Assembly (NCBI GenBank): GCA_963823035.1
Contig: CAWGKG010000015.1
Span: forward strand, 54,379-118,378
Length of the DNA: 64,000 nt
Source: an uncultured Gemmatimonadales bacterium
GTDB taxonomy: Bacteria > Gemmatimonadota > Gemmatimonadetes > Longimicrobiales > Gaopeijiaceae
Direction of reading: 5' to 3'
Each line of letters begins with the position of its first letter. Position 1 is the first letter of the stretch. Made by a program: the position numbers and the translations under genes. Below are positions 40,748 to 51,537 of the stretch, piece by piece. The notes below the pieces were generated by a model, which was not told the origin of the DNA, made no database searches, and worked only from the letters and a program-made list of their open reading frames with translations.

Positions 40748-42376
40748 TGCGCGCTCGGCGCGTGCGGGCCACCCTCCCCCTGGTGGGGGCCGCGTGCCTG
40801 GCCCTTTCCGCCTGCGGTGTCCCCGCCGGGGACGCCCCTGCGTCAGGTGATCCGGGCCGGAAGATCCTGCGCGTCGCCTACGACCGCGAGATCGACGTGC
40901 TCAACCCCTTCACGAGCCAGAACCTCGTCGACATCGAGTTCAGCATGATGGAGGGGCTCGTCACCACGGACGAGCACAACACCTACGTCCCGGTGCTCGC
41001 GAAGGAGATCCCGACCGAGGCGAACGGGCTCGTGGTCCACAACGCCGACGGCACCGTGGACATGAACTGGCCGCTGCACGAAGGCGTGCGTTGGCACGAC
41101 GGCGAGCCCTTCACCAGCGCGGACGTGTGCTTCACCTGGAAGTTCGTGACCAGCCCCAACTCGCAGGTCTACAACCGCGACCAGTACCTGGGCATCATCG
41201 ACTGCCGGACGCCGGACGAGCACACCGTGGTCTTCCGGTGGGACGGCGTCTACGGCTACTACGACGGGCTCTTCGAGGCGGTCCTCCCCGAACACGTGCT
41301 CGGCGGGATGACCACCGAGGATATCGTCAACTACGAGCCGTTCAATCGGGGCCCGGAGGCGATCGGCACCGGGCCTTTCCGCTTCGCCGAATGGAAGAGC
41401 GGGGAGTACATCCGCGTCGTGCGTAACGACGACTACTGGCGTGGCCCCGGGTACCCGCGCATCGACGAGATCGTGTGGGCCTTCATCCCCGACCCGAACA
41501 CCCGCCTCAACGCGATGCGCGCGCGCCAGCACCACTACGCCCAGTTGCTGCCGACGCAGGTGTCGGAGGTGCGTCGGCCTGGACGGCTACGAGGTGCACC
41601 TGGTGAGCTCGAACACCTTCCTGCACCTGGACGTGAGCCAGAACACCGAGCACGCGCGCCGGCTGTTCTCGGACCCGAAGGTGCGCGAGGCCCTCTTCCG
41701 CGCCATCGACCGCCGTGCCATCGCCGACAAGCTCATGCAGGGCACGGTCGAGGTGGCGGACTCGCCCATCAACCCGACCAGCCCGTACCACGCCGCCGAC
41801 GTCCCTTCGCCCGACTTCGATCCCGAACGGGCGCGGCGCATGCTGGGCGAGGCCGGATGGCGGCCGGGCCCCGACGGCGTCCGTGTACGCGGCGAGGAGC
41901 GCTTCTCCTTCACCATGCTGAACCGCGCGGGGAGCACCGACCGTATCGCCGTCGCGCAGGTGATCCAGGCCCAGCTGCGCGACGTGGGCGTCGAGGTGAC
42001 GTTCGAGACGCTGGAGAGCGCGGCCTGGACCCAGCGTTGGCGGAGCGGTCGGTGGGAGGCCATCGTGAGCGCCTGGTTCCTCCCCGCGGACCCGAGCCTG
42101 ACCGGGATGTACGCGTGCGACGGGCCCAACAACATGACCGGATTCTGCGACCCGGAGCTCGACACGCTCATGGAGGAATCCGACCGGCACCTCGACTTCG
42201 AAGCGCGCAAGCCGCTCCTCGACTCCGTGCAGGTGCGCGTGGCGCGCGCGGCACGCTCGCTTCCGCTCTATTACAACGTCGTCCCGCAGCTCGTGAGCAC
42301 GAGCGTCGGCGGCTTCCGTCCCAGCGGAACCAACTTCGGCAGCTTCTGGAACCTGTGGCAGTGGACGCTGCGCTGA
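40747..42376 (+). CDS. Family-5 (peptide/nickel) ABC substrate-binding lipoprotein (frameshift ~41576)
   Basis: Lipobox LSAC; GVRWHDGEPFTSADV, IGTGPFRF and DPKVREAL..AIDR motifs. Confidence 0.9.
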
Positions 42377-42462
42377 CACGGAGATCTTCCGGCCGGGTTC
42401 GGCGTATGTAATGTACGGTGGGTCCGCCGGTCCCAATCCATCTCGCGTCCTGGGGGCGAAAC

Positions 42463-42945
42463 ATGCGTGGCAAGAGCATCCTCCTGGTCGGGGCGCTGGC
42501 AGCCACGACCGGCTGTTACTCCTACATCCCCAGCTCCGTCGAAGACGTGAGCCCGGGAACGCCCGTGCGCATCCGGCTCACCGCCGTCGAGGCCGGGCGG
42601 CTGGTCGATCAGCGCCTCACGAACGCGCGCCTCCTCACGGGCACGCTCGTACAGGGCGATGGCGAGCAGCTGCTCGTCGACACCTCGGTCGGCCACAACG
42701 ACGCCGAACGCGGGATGCGCTCGGTGGTGCAGCGCGTGGCGGTGCCTGCCCACGAGGTCCTGGAGATGGAGCGGCGCCAGCTCGACAAGGGACGCACGGG
42801 GCTGGTCGTGGGCGCGGGCACGGTGGCACTGGGCGTGGTCATCGCGCTCCAGTCGCGGGGGGGCTCGGGAAGTACCGACACGCCCGGCGGCGGTACGCAG
42901 GAGAGCCGGCGCGTCCCGATCCTGAGCCTCCGCATCTTCCGGTAG
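42463..42945 (+). CDS. Hypothetical lipoprotein
   Basis: MRGKSILLVGALAATTGC lipoprotein-like signal; C-terminal hydrophobic segment. Confidence 0.7.
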   Translation: MRGKSILLVGALAATTGCYSYIPSSVEDVSPGTPVRIRLTAVEAGRLVDQRLTNARLLTGTLVQGDGEQLLVDTSVGHNDAERGMRSVVQRVAVPAHEVLEMERRQLDKGRTGLVVGAGTVALGVVIALQSRGGSGSTDTPGGGTQESRRVPILSLRIFR

Positions 42946-42952
42946 AACGACC

Positions 42953-42983
42953 GCGGCCCCGCCCGGTTCCCGGGCGGGGCCGC
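42953..42983. terminator. Hairpin between convergent genes (probable terminator)
   Basis: 14-bp perfect stem GCGGCCCCGCCCGG-TTC-CCGGGCGGGGCCGC; weak U-tract. Confidence 0.65.
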
Positions 42984-43014
42984 TTCACGCCAGGCCTCGA
43001 TCAGGCCTTCCCCG

Positions 43015-44301
43015 TCAACCGCCCGGCTGCAGCGGGATGTTGGGGTTGGACTCCCGTTCGTTCTTGGGGATCGGGTAGCAGAGGGTCTGTCCCGGATCCA
43101 GGTACGAATCGGGGCTGCCCGCCGTCTCCAGGGCATCCAGGGCCCCGGGGCTGCCGTTGTCCTTCCAGCGCTTCAGGTCGGCGAGGCGACGGCCTTCGAG
43201 CCAGAGCTCGACGCCGCGCTCGCGCTTGTAGTTGGCCCACGCCTCGGTGAGGTCCGCCGGCGTCCAGGGGTCGAGCCCCAGGGCCACACGGTGTCCGTTC
43301 ACCAGCGTCATGGCGCCGGCCATGTCGCCGTCGGTGAGCTTCTTCTCCGCCTCCAGCAGCCTCATCTCGTACCCCGACGAGAGCCGGATGTCCGAGTCAC
43401 GATCGGCGAACTTCTGCTGCTGGTAGAACGGTACCTTCGATCCGACGACGCCCACGGAGGCGTCGCCCTCGTCGCCTTCTTGGTACGTCCAGGGCGTCCG
43501 GGGATCCCCCGTCTGGGTGAAGTAGTCCTCGTACACCGTGTTCCAGACGGTGACCGCCTTGTAGGGCTCGCCGGCGCCGGCGTAGTAGACGCGGTTGAAC
43601 TGATCCTGCTGGGCCGACTCGTACCGGGCGTCGAACTCGAACTCCGTCGGCACCTGGGCCGCATCGGACAACGCCCCGGCCCAATCGCCCAGATTCGCCC
43701 GCACCGACGCGCGTCCGGCATACGCGGCCGTCTTCTGCTCCCCGAACGCGGAGCCTGCGACGTCGATGGCCGTGCTGAACCAGGTCTCTGCGCGGTGCAG
43801 CATCTCGGTACGGGAGATGATGGAGCCTCCGTCCACGGCGGCCTCGCACCAGTTCTCCCCGAGGAGACGGTTGGCGTACCCCGCGTACAGCGCAGCGTCC
43901 ACCGCGGGCTTGTACTCGGCGTTCCCTCCCTCGTGGTTCTCGGCGAAACGGTCGAAGCCGCTCTCCCCGATGTATCGCGAGCGCTGGGCGCTGGTCCACC
44001 CGTCCACGATGTGCTCATCGTCCCAGATGAGCAGGCCTTCCTGCTGGTTCTGAGAGATGCCGAACGACGACGTGGAGCCCGAGGGGAACATCTCCCGGGT
44101 CACCGCCGACGTGGTGTAGGCCACCTCGTTGAGTGCGTCGAAGAGCATCCGGGCCGAGCCGTTGGCCACGGCCTGATGGGCCTCCGAACGGTCCAGGAAC
44201 TTGTCGTCCGTAGGGCCCGGATTGGTGACGTCGAAGTTACATGCGGTGGCGGCAAGGACGAACGTGGTCGCCGCGCCAAGCCGCTTCAGCGATCGAAACA
44301 T
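43015..44301 (-). CDS. RagB/SusD family outer-membrane lipoprotein
   Basis: AGAGGAGG RBS; lipobox ATAC; EMRLLEAE, ERGVELWLEGRRLADLKRW and YPIP..E..SNPNI motifs. Confidence 0.9.
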   Translation of the reverse strand: MFRSLKRLGAATTFVLAATACNFDVTNPGPTDDKFLDRSEAHQAVANGSARMLFDALNEVAYTTSAVTREMFPSGSTSSFGISQNQQEGLLIWDDEHIVDGWTSAQRSRYIGESGFDRFAENHEGGNAEYKPAVDAALYAGYANRLLGENWCEAAVDGGSIISRTEMLHRAETWFSTAIDVAGSAFGEQKTAAYAGRASVRANLGDWAGALSDAAQVPTEFEFDARYESAQQDQFNRVYYAGAGEPYKAVTVWNTVYEDYFTQTGDPRTPWTYQEGDEGDASVGVVGSKVPFYQQQKFADRDSDIRLSSGYEMRLLEAEKKLTDGDMAGAMTLVNGHRVALGLDPWTPADLTEAWANYKRERGVELWLEGRRLADLKRWKDNGSPGALDALETAGSPDSYLDPGQTLCYPIPKNERESNPNIPLQPGG

Positions 44302-44330
44302 GCTCGGTCCTCCTCTGCGTGCGACGGACA

Positions 44331-47294
44331 TCAGAACACCACCCGGATGGATGCGACGAAGGAAGCCGGCGGCGGTACGTGCTCGGTGATGCTGGGCACC
44401 TGATCGCCGAAGCCGGTGTTGCTGACCATCTCCGGATCGAAGATGCGGAAGTCGGAGTTCAGCCACCGGTAGAAGTTCTGAGCCGAGAGCGTCAGCGTGC
44501 TGTTCGAGCTACCCGGCACGAGCTCGCCCAAGGGGATCCGCGCCGTGACGTCGCGCAGCTTGAAGAAGTCGGCCCTGTGGATCATGGTGCCGCGGCGATA
44601 GAACGCCCGGTCGCAGAAGTAGCGCATCTCGGCGGGGGCCTGCGCCCCGTTGCCGTTGTCCGTGTATTGGTAGTAGTCGGCGCAGGTGGGCCACCGGATG
44701 TTCCGGTTCACGCCCTCGTTGGTGGGGCCGTCGTAGATGAAGTGGCCGCCCTGGTATTCGCCGCGCGCCGAAAGCTCGATGCCCTTCGGCATGCGCAGCG
44801 AGGTGCTGAAGCCGAAGACCTTGGTGGGCTCCTGAGGTCCGATGGGGACGTCCGTGTTCACACAGGCGCCTCCTGCCTCGACTCGGCTGTCACCACAGGT
44901 GTACTTGGGGTCGGTCAGCGACTGGGGGTTGTCGATGGTCACGCCCCGGATGAGGGTGATCGGGTACCCCTCCTCGATCCACGAGCCTCCGCCGCTGAAA
45001 GGCGGCGCGCCGCCCAGGGACAAGACCTTGGAGTGGTTGGTGTAGATGGTGGTTCCAAGGTCGAACCCCCAGTTCTCCGACTCGTAGAGCGTGGCGTTGA
45101 TGCTCGCCTCGAGCCCCTTGTTCTCCAGCTCGCCGACGTTCTCCTGCTGCGAGGTGGCGAAGCCCTCCGAGAGGGCGTGCCGCACGTTGAAGAGCGCGTC
45201 GGTGGTGTGCTGCTTGTAGTACGTGAACTCCGCCGACACGCGGCCCTCGAAACCCGACCAGTCGAACCCGAACTCGGTCTCGCTGGTGCGCTCGGGGCCC
45301 AGGTCCGGATTCCCCAGGTTGGAGGGGAGGTAGGTGGGCTGGCCACCGTACCCGATGGCGTTCCACGTCCGCACCGCGTCGAACGTGCCGGGAGCGCGGC
45401 CGGACTGGCCCCACGCGGCCCGGAGCTTCAGCGAGCCGTACGAGTCGCTCCAGAAGCCCTCGTCCGAGACGACGTAGGACGCCGACACCTTCGGATACGC
45501 CTGGAGTCCGAGCGACTGGCCGAAGGCGGAGTTGCCGTCCACGCGGACGCCGCCGGTGAGGAAGTACCGGTCCTTGATGTTGAAGAGCGCCTGGCCGAAG
45601 AAGCCGGCGTTCACCTCGCGGATGCGCGACTCCCAACTCAACCGGTTGGCGCCGGAATCGAGGTCCGGATCACCCGGGCCGGCGAAATCCGTGCCCTCGC
45701 CCTGGATCGTGCGTTGGTCGGTGGTGATGCTCTGACCGCCCGCCGACAGAGTGAGGTTGTTCTCACCCAGGGCGAGCCGGTAGCTGGCGACCACGTCCGC
45801 CGTGAGCGTGGAGTAGTTCCGCAGCGCCGAATACAGCTTGCCGGAAGGGAGCAGACGGAACCCGTAGGGGCGCAGCTGGCGGTTGTCCTGGTCGGCCAGG
45901 TCGTAGCCCACCGTCAGCTTGGTGTTGAACGCGTTTCCCGGGTCATAGGCCGCGGTGGCGCCAAGCGTGAACCGATCGATGCGCGTCCGGATGTCGTAGT
46001 CGAGCACCAGGCTGATCGTGTCCGGGTCCGCGTTCGCGATGTAGTTCCGCTCACGTCGGAAGGCGTTGAGCGTCAGACCCTGGGCGTTGTTCCCCGCGGA
46101 CGTGTTCGTGATGTCCGTGCGGTTGTAGGCCGAGTTGACCTGCAACGTCACCGAGTTGAGGGGCGTGAACGTGAAGTTCCCGCGCACGCCGTTCTTCTTT
46201 TCCTGGTCCAGAGGCATGACGCCCACGTTGTCGTCGTACTGTCCCGACACGAAGTACTGGAGCGTCTGGGACCCACCGGACACGCTGGCCGAGTACTTCT
46301 GGCGGTGCCCGTTGCGGAGCCAGGGGTCCATGTTGAGGTACTTGTACGAGTACGTGCCCCGGGGCCCCTCTACGAGCGGGTCGTCGACCGGTCGTACGTC
46401 CACGTCGGGCGCGAAGGGCAGCTCGTGGTTGAAGCCCTGGTCGATCTGCAGGGTCCAACGGGGCGCGCCCTGGGTTCCACGCTTGGTGAAGATCTGGATG
46501 ACGCCGGCAGCGGCCTCGGTGCCGTACAGCGTGGAGGCCGCGGACCCCTTCAGGACCTCGATGCGGTCGATGTCGTTGGGGTTGATGTCGTTCAGCGGGG
46601 ATGCCGTGACGTTGCCTCCCCGGCCCGCGCCCTCGGTGGGCGAGATGTTCCGGGCGTATGCGTCACTCCGGACCCGGATGCCGTCCACATAGATGATGGG
46701 CTGGTTGGACTGGGACACCGAAACCGAGCCCCGTAGCCGGATCTGGGCTCCGGAACCGGCCATCCCGTTCGACTGCGAGACCAGGAGCCCGGGCGACTGC
46801 GCCTGGAGGAGCTGGTCCACGCTGGCGTTGGGCGCCGCCATGTTGGCCACCGAGAGCTGGGCGACGGAGTTCCCCACCTCGCGGCGCCGGGCGGCCCCGG
46901 CCGTGCCGGTCACGACGATCTCGTCGAGGCCGAGGGCCTCGTCCGCGAGGACGAAGTTGGCCACGGCGACCTGGTCGGCCTCGACGGTGACCTGCTGCGT
47001 CTGGGTCGCGTACCCGATCCGGATCACCTGGAGCTGGTAGGTGCCGGCGGCGACGTTCTGGATGAGGAAGCGGCCGTTGGTCGCCGTGAGGGCGCCTTGC
47101 TGCGTCCCCACGATCACGACCTGCACTTCGGACAGAGCCGCGCCCGAGCGCGCGGTCACCTGGCCCGTGATGGTTCCGGCGGTCTGCTGCGCGTGCGCGG
47201 GCGGGGCCAGGGCCAGGGCCAGGGCCGCCGCCGCGGCCATTCGGCCGAGCGCACGGGTCAGGCGTTGGAAGGAAACCGACGAAGGAAGGGACAT
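44331..47294 (-). CDS. SusC/RagA family TonB-dependent receptor
   Basis: LDEIVVTG, IRLRG, PIIYVDG and INPNDIDRIEVLKGSAASTLYGTEAAAGVIQIFTKRG motifs; ends in Phe. Confidence 0.95.
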   Translation of the reverse strand: MSLPSSVSFQRLTRALGRMAAAAALALALAPPAHAQQTAGTITGQVTARSGAALSEVQVVIVGTQQGALTATNGRFLIQNVAAGTYQLQVIRIGYATQTQQVTVEADQVAVANFVLADEALGLDEIVVTGTAGAARRREVGNSVAQLSVANMAAPNASVDQLLQAQSPGLLVSQSNGMAGSGAQIRLRGSVSVSQSNQPIIYVDGIRVRSDAYARNISPTEGAGRGGNVTASPLNDINPNDIDRIEVLKGSAASTLYGTEAAAGVIQIFTKRGTQGAPRWTLQIDQGFNHELPFAPDVDVRPVDDPLVEGPRGTYSYKYLNMDPWLRNGHRQKYSASVSGGSQTLQYFVSGQYDDNVGVMPLDQEKKNGVRGNFTFTPLNSVTLQVNSAYNRTDITNTSAGNNAQGLTLNAFRRERNYIANADPDTISLVLDYDIRTRIDRFTLGATAAYDPGNAFNTKLTVGYDLADQDNRQLRPYGFRLLPSGKLYSALRNYSTLTADVVASYRLALGENNLTLSAGGQSITTDQRTIQGEGTDFAGPGDPDLDSGANRLSWESRIREVNAGFFGQALFNIKDRYFLTGGVRVDGNSAFGQSLGLQAYPKVSASYVVSDEGFWSDSYGSLKLRAAWGQSGRAPGTFDAVRTWNAIGYGGQPTYLPSNLGNPDLGPERTSETEFGFDWSGFEGRVSAEFTYYKQHTTDALFNVRHALSEGFATSQQENVGELENKGLEASINATLYESENWGFDLGTTIYTNHSKVLSLGGAPPFSGGGSWIEEGYPITLIRGVTIDNPQSLTDPKYTCGDSRVEAGGACVNTDVPIGPQEPTKVFGFSTSLRMPKGIELSARGEYQGGHFIYDGPTNEGVNRNIRWPTCADYYQYTDNGNGAQAPAEMRYFCDRAFYRRGTMIHRADFFKLRDVTARIPLGELVPGSSNSTLTLSAQNFYRWLNSDFRIFDPEMVSNTGFGDQVPSITEHVPPPASFVASIRVVF

Positions 47295-47502
47295 CAGACG
47301 ACTCCTCGGCTATGGTGGATATCACCGCACTCATCCCGAGGGGCGTCATTCGGACACCCCCGGCTGAGCCGGTTCGAAGTGGGCAGAGACTCTATCCTTC
47401 AGCCGGGGCCCCTCCGGCACGACGCCGTCACGGCGTGGGCCGTTGGGCCACGAGGGGGAGCGGTCGGCTCCCGGGCACCCTCGTCGATCTCGATGTGGGC
47501 CC

Positions 47503-47532
47503 AGAATACGTGGGCCTGCCCTCCTAAATCAA
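47503..47532 (-). promoter_or_regulatory. Putative sigma70 promoter of susCD
   Basis: Minus-strand TTGATT-N18-TATTCT about 200 nt upstream of the susC ATG. Confidence 0.5.
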
Positions 47533-47710
47533 GCGGCCGAAGGGCAGGAAGAGCCCCCACCCAACCTCCCTGGTTACGACCGCCACCGCACGAGCGTGAC
47601 AGCCACGCCGGACCCGGCGCACCCGGGGGGGCCGGGACGCAGGCTTTTTCGAGACGGGTCGAGGGCCTATGGTACCGCCCCATGTCGCCCCCGCCTCCGC
47701 GTGAGCCGGC

Positions 47711-48664
47711 GTGACCCACTACGTCGCGCGCCGGCTCCTCCAGATGATCCCGCTCCTCCTCGGGATCACGATCGTGCTCTTCGGGGTCATCCAGGCGGCA
47801 CCGGGTGGCCCGGAGGCCGCGCTGCTCGAGAGCGGCCGCTTCATCGACCCCGAGGTGATCGAGGCGTATCGGCGGCGGCTGGGCGTCGACGAGCCCGTAC
47901 CGGTCCAGTACGTGCGTTGGCTCGGAGCGGCGCTCCACGGCGATCTCGGGATCAGCTTCTCGACCACGAGGCCCGTCGCCTCGATGATCCTCGAACGGCT
48001 TCCGGCCACGATCGAGCTGATGGGCGCCGCCTACCTCCTGGCGGCGCTGCTTGCCTTCCCGCTGGGGATCGTGAGCGCCGTCCGCCAGTACTCGTGGTTC
48101 GACCACCTCGGCACGGGGATCTCCTTCGTCGGCATCGCCATGCCCGTCTTCTGGTTCGCCCTCATCCTGCAGCTCGTGTTCGGCGTGTGGCTCGCCTGGT
48201 TTCCGGTCGCCGGCACGGAGACGGTGGGCGATACCTCGCTGGCGGACCACCTGCTCCACCTCGCGCTCCCCGCCGTGGTGCTCTCCTTCCGCTACGTGGC
48301 GGGGTGGTCCCGCTACCTGCGCTCGAGCCTGCTGGGCGCCCTCCGGGCCGACTACGTGCGCACGGCCCGCGCGAAGGGCCTCTCCGAACGCACCGTGGTC
48401 GGCGTGCACGCGCTGCGCAACGCGCTCATCCCGGTGGTCTCGATCATGGCGCTCAACCTCGCCGGGCTCTTCTCCGGTGCCGTGATCACGGAGACCGTCT
48501 TCGCCTGGCCGGGGATCGGCAGGCTGTTCGTGCAGGCGATGTTCGCGCGCGACTACCCGCTCCTGATGGGCATCCTCCTCCTCGGCTCGTTCATGGTGGT
48601 GGTGTTCAACCTGGTCGCCGACGTGCTGTACGGCGTGCTCGACCCACGCATCCGCTATGCCTGA
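47711..48664 (+). CDS. Peptide ABC permease, DppB/OppB-like
   Basis: ERLPATIEL, DYVRTARAKGL, HALRNALIP and LDPRI motifs. Confidence 0.95.
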   Translation: MTHYVARRLLQMIPLLLGITIVLFGVIQAAPGGPEAALLESGRFIDPEVIEAYRRRLGVDEPVPVQYVRWLGAALHGDLGISFSTTRPVASMILERLPATIELMGAAYLLAALLAFPLGIVSAVRQYSWFDHLGTGISFVGIAMPVFWFALILQLVFGVWLAWFPVAGTETVGDTSLADHLLHLALPAVVLSFRYVAGWSRYLRSSLLGALRADYVRTARAKGLSERTVVGVHALRNALIPVVSIMALNLAGLFSGAVITETVFAWPGIGRLFVQAMFARDYPLLMGILLLGSFMVVVFNLVADVLYGVLDPRIRYA

Positions 48665-49526
48665 GGGCCACGGCACGGGGGTGGCGTGGACGCGCCTGAA
48701 ACGCCACCGCATGGCGCTCGCCTCGATCGCGGTGGTGGGCGTGCTCGCCGCGGTGTGCGCGGCCGCGCCGCTCATCGCCCCGTACGGCTTCGACACGATC
48801 GACCTGGACAGCATCCGGCAGGCGCCGTCGCTCGCTCACTGGATGGGCACCGACGACCTCGGCCGCGATCTCCTGACGCGCGTCCTCTTCGGTGGCAGGG
48901 TATCGATCCTCATCGGGCTGCTCGCCGCGGTGATCGGCACCGGGGTGGGCACCGCCGTGGGCGCCTCGGCCGGCTACTGGGGCGGACGCCTCGACGGGCT
49001 GCTCATGCGCGGCACGGACATCGCGTACTCGATCCCCGCCCTCCCCCTCCTGATCGTCCTCAGCTCGTACGCGCAGGGCGCGGTGGGCTCGATGGCGTTG
49101 ATCATCGGGCTGCTCTCCTGGATGGCGACGGCGCGGGTGGTGCGCGGCGAAGTGCTCGCGATCCGGGAGCTGGCGTACGTCGAGGCCGCGCGCGGGCTCG
49201 GCGCGACGGACACGCGCATCCTCCTGCGCCACGTCCTCCCGAACACGCTCGGGCCCATCGTCGTGGGCGCGACGCTCGCGGTCGGCAACGCGATCGTGAT
49301 CGAGTCGTCGCTCAGCTTCCTCGGGCTCGGCGTGCAGCCGCCGACGCCCACCTGGGGCAACATGCTCATGGACGCCCAGTCCACGATGGCCACCAAGCCC
49401 TGGCTCACGCTCTTCCCCGGCGTGGCCATCCTCGCCGTGGTGCTCGCGGTGAACTTCATCGGAGACGGCCTCCAGGACGCGCTGGACCCGACCACCCGCG
49501 ACCCCGGCGTGGAGGGCGCGGCGTGA
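48657..49526 (+). CDS. Peptide ABC permease, DppC/OppC-like
   Basis: HWMGTDDLGRD, YVEAARGLG and LSFLGLGVQPPTPTWG motifs. Confidence 0.95.
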   Translation: MPEGHGTGVAWTRLKRHRMALASIAVVGVLAAVCAAAPLIAPYGFDTIDLDSIRQAPSLAHWMGTDDLGRDLLTRVLFGGRVSILIGLLAAVIGTGVGTAVGASAGYWGGRLDGLLMRGTDIAYSIPALPLLIVLSSYAQGAVGSMALIIGLLSWMATARVVRGEVLAIRELAYVEAARGLGATDTRILLRHVLPNTLGPIVVGATLAVGNAIVIESSLSFLGLGVQPPTPTWGNMLMDAQSTMATKPWLTLFPGVAILAVVLAVNFIGDGLQDALDPTTRDPGVEGAA

Positions 49527-50536
49527 GCCCCCTGCTGCAGGTGCGCGACCTGGTCACGCGCTTCGCTTCCGACGGCGGAGCGGTCCACGCGGTGAACGGC
49601 ATCTCCTGGTCGCTGGAGGCGGGGGAGTCCCTCGCCCTCGTGGGCGAGAGCGGCTCGGGGAAGACGGTCGGCGCGCTCTCCCTCCTCGGCCTGCTCCCGC
49701 CGAACGGCTCGGTGGTGGCGGGAGAGGCGCTCCTCGAGGGGACGGACCTCCTCCGCCTCGATCCCGGGGCGCTGCGCGACGTCCGCGGGCGCCGCGTCGC
49801 GATGGTGTTCCAGGATCCCGATGACCTCGCTCAACCCGGTCCTCACCGTCGGTCGCCAGCTGAGCGAGGGCCTTCGCCGCCACCTCCACATGTCGGCCGC
49901 GGAAGCGCGCGCCGAGGCCGCCCGACTCCTCGCGCTGGTCGGGATCCCGGACCCGGCGGCGCGCCTGGACGACCACCCCCACAGGTTCTCGGGGGGCAGA
50001 GACAGCGGATCATGATCGCCATGGCGCTCTCGTGCCGGCCCGCCGTCCTCATCGCGGACGAGCCGACCACGGCGCTCGACGTGACGATCCAGGCGCAGAT
50101 CGTGGCCCTGGTGAAGAAGCTGCAGGCCCGGCTCGGCATGGCGATCCTCTGGATCACGCACGACCTCGCGCTCGTGGCGGGCCTCGTCGACCGCGTGGCC
50201 GTGATGTACGCGGGCCACATCGTGGAGGAGGCGCCCGTGCGGGCCCTCTACCGCGATCCCCGCCATCCCTACACGCTCGGGCTCCTGCGCTCGATGCCCG
50301 GGCGGCCCGGCATCGGCGGGGGCATGGGGAGGCAACGCCTCACCCCCATCGAAGGGAAGCCGCCCGACCTGCGGGAAGTCATCGCGCACTGCCCCTTCGC
50401 GCCGCGCTGCCGCTGGGCCGTGGACCGCTGCCGCGTGGAGCGTCCCCCTCTCCTGCCCGTCTCCGAGCGTCACGCGTCGGCGTGCTGGCGGTGGGAGGAG
50501 CTCGGACCCGGCGCCCTCGACGAGGCCCCGCGGTGA
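49523..50536 (+). CDS. Peptide ABC ATPase, DppD/OppD-like (compensating frameshifts ~49818 and ~49995)
   Basis: [14 protein letters not shown] (shifted frame), [15 protein letters not shown] and CPFAPRC motifs. Confidence 0.92.
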   Translation: MSPLLQVRDLVTRFASDGGAVHAVNGISWSLEAGESLALVGESGSGKTVGALSLLGLLPPNGSVVAGEALLEGTDLLRLDPGALRDVRGRRVAMVFQDPDDLAQPGPHRRSPAERGPSPPPPHVGRGSARRGRPTPRAGRDPGPGGAPGRPPPQVLGGQRQRIMIAMALSCRPAVLIADEPTTALDVTIQAQIVALVKKLQARLGMAILWITHDLALVAGLVDRVAVMYAGHIVEEAPVRALYRDPRHPYTLGLLRSMPGRPGIGGGMGRQRLTPIEGKPPDLREVIAHCPFAPRCRWAVDRCRVERPPLLPVSERHASACWRWEELGPGALDEAPR

Positions 50537-51537
50537 GCGCTCCGGCCCCTCCCCCGCTGGTGGAGGTGCGCGACCTGCGCACGCATTTCCCCATCCGCCG
50601 CGGCGTCCTCCGGCGCGCGGTGGGGGCGGTGCGCGCGGTGGACGGCGTCTCCTTCGACGTCCACGCCGGCGAGACGCTCGGGCTCGTCGGCGAGAGTGGC
50701 TCGGGGAAGTCCACCACGGGGCGCACGCTCCTGCGGCTGGAGCGGGCCACCTCCGGGCGGATCACCTTCGAAGGGCGGGAACTGGCGACGCTCGGGGGCG
50801 CGGAGCTCCGGCGCGTGCGTCGGAACATGCAGATGATCTTCCAGGACCCGTACGCCTCGCTGGACCCTCGCCTGCGCATCGGCGCCGCGGTGCGCGAGCC
50901 GCTCGACGTCCACGCCATCGGCACGCCCGCCGAGCGGCGGGCGCGCGTGCTCGAGCTGCTCGAGCGGGTCGGCCTGGAGGGGCCCTTCGCGCGCCGCTTC
51001 CCGCACGAGCTCTCCGGCGGGCAGCGCCAGCGCGTGGGCATCGCGCGCGCGCTGGCCACCCGGCCCCGCTTCATCGTCGCCGACGAGCCCATCTCCGCCC
51101 TGGACGTGTCGATCCAGGCACAGATCGTGAACCTCCTCGCCGAGCTGAAGGAGGAGCTGGGGCTGACCTACCTCTTCATCGCGCACGACCTGTCCATGGT
51201 GCGCCACATCAGCGACCGCGTGGCCGTGATGTACCTCGGCAAGCTGGTCGAGGCCGGGGGCCACGACGTCGTCTTCGACCGGCCGCTGCACCCCTACACG
51301 CGCGCCCTGGTGTCCTCGATCCCGGTGGCCGACCCCGACGCGGCGGAGCACACCGCGCCGCCGATCGAGGGGGACGTGCCGGATCCGGCCGCGCCACCCC
51401 CCGGGTGCCGCTTCCACACCCGTTGCCCGTTCGCCACCGAGCTGTGCGCCCGCGTCGAGCCCGAAACGCGCGCGCCGCTCCCCGACGACCCCGACCACCT
51501 GGTGGCCTGCCACCACGCGGAGACGATCGCATCGTGA
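50533..51537 (+). CDS. Peptide ABC ATPase, DppF/OppF-like
   Basis: [31 protein letters not shown] and GCRFHTRCP motifs. Confidence 0.95.
   Translation: MSAPAPPPLVEVRDLRTHFPIRRGVLRRAVGAVRAVDGVSFDVHAGETLGLVGESGSGKSTTGRTLLRLERATSGRITFEGRELATLGGAELRRVRRNMQMIFQDPYASLDPRLRIGAAVREPLDVHAIGTPAERRARVLELLERVGLEGPFARRFPHELSGGQRQRVGIARALATRPRFIVADEPISALDVSIQAQIVNLLAELKEELGLTYLFIAHDLSMVRHISDRVAVMYLGKLVEAGGHDVVFDRPLHPYTRALVSSIPVADPDAAEHTAPPIEGDVPDPAAPPPGCRFHTRCPFATELCARVEPETRAPLPDDPDHLVACHHAETIAS

Noticed and set aside
47205..47228. GGCCAG short tandem repeat as a phase-variation tract
   Set aside because: Only about three in-frame hexamers encoding Ala-Leu in the SusC signal peptide
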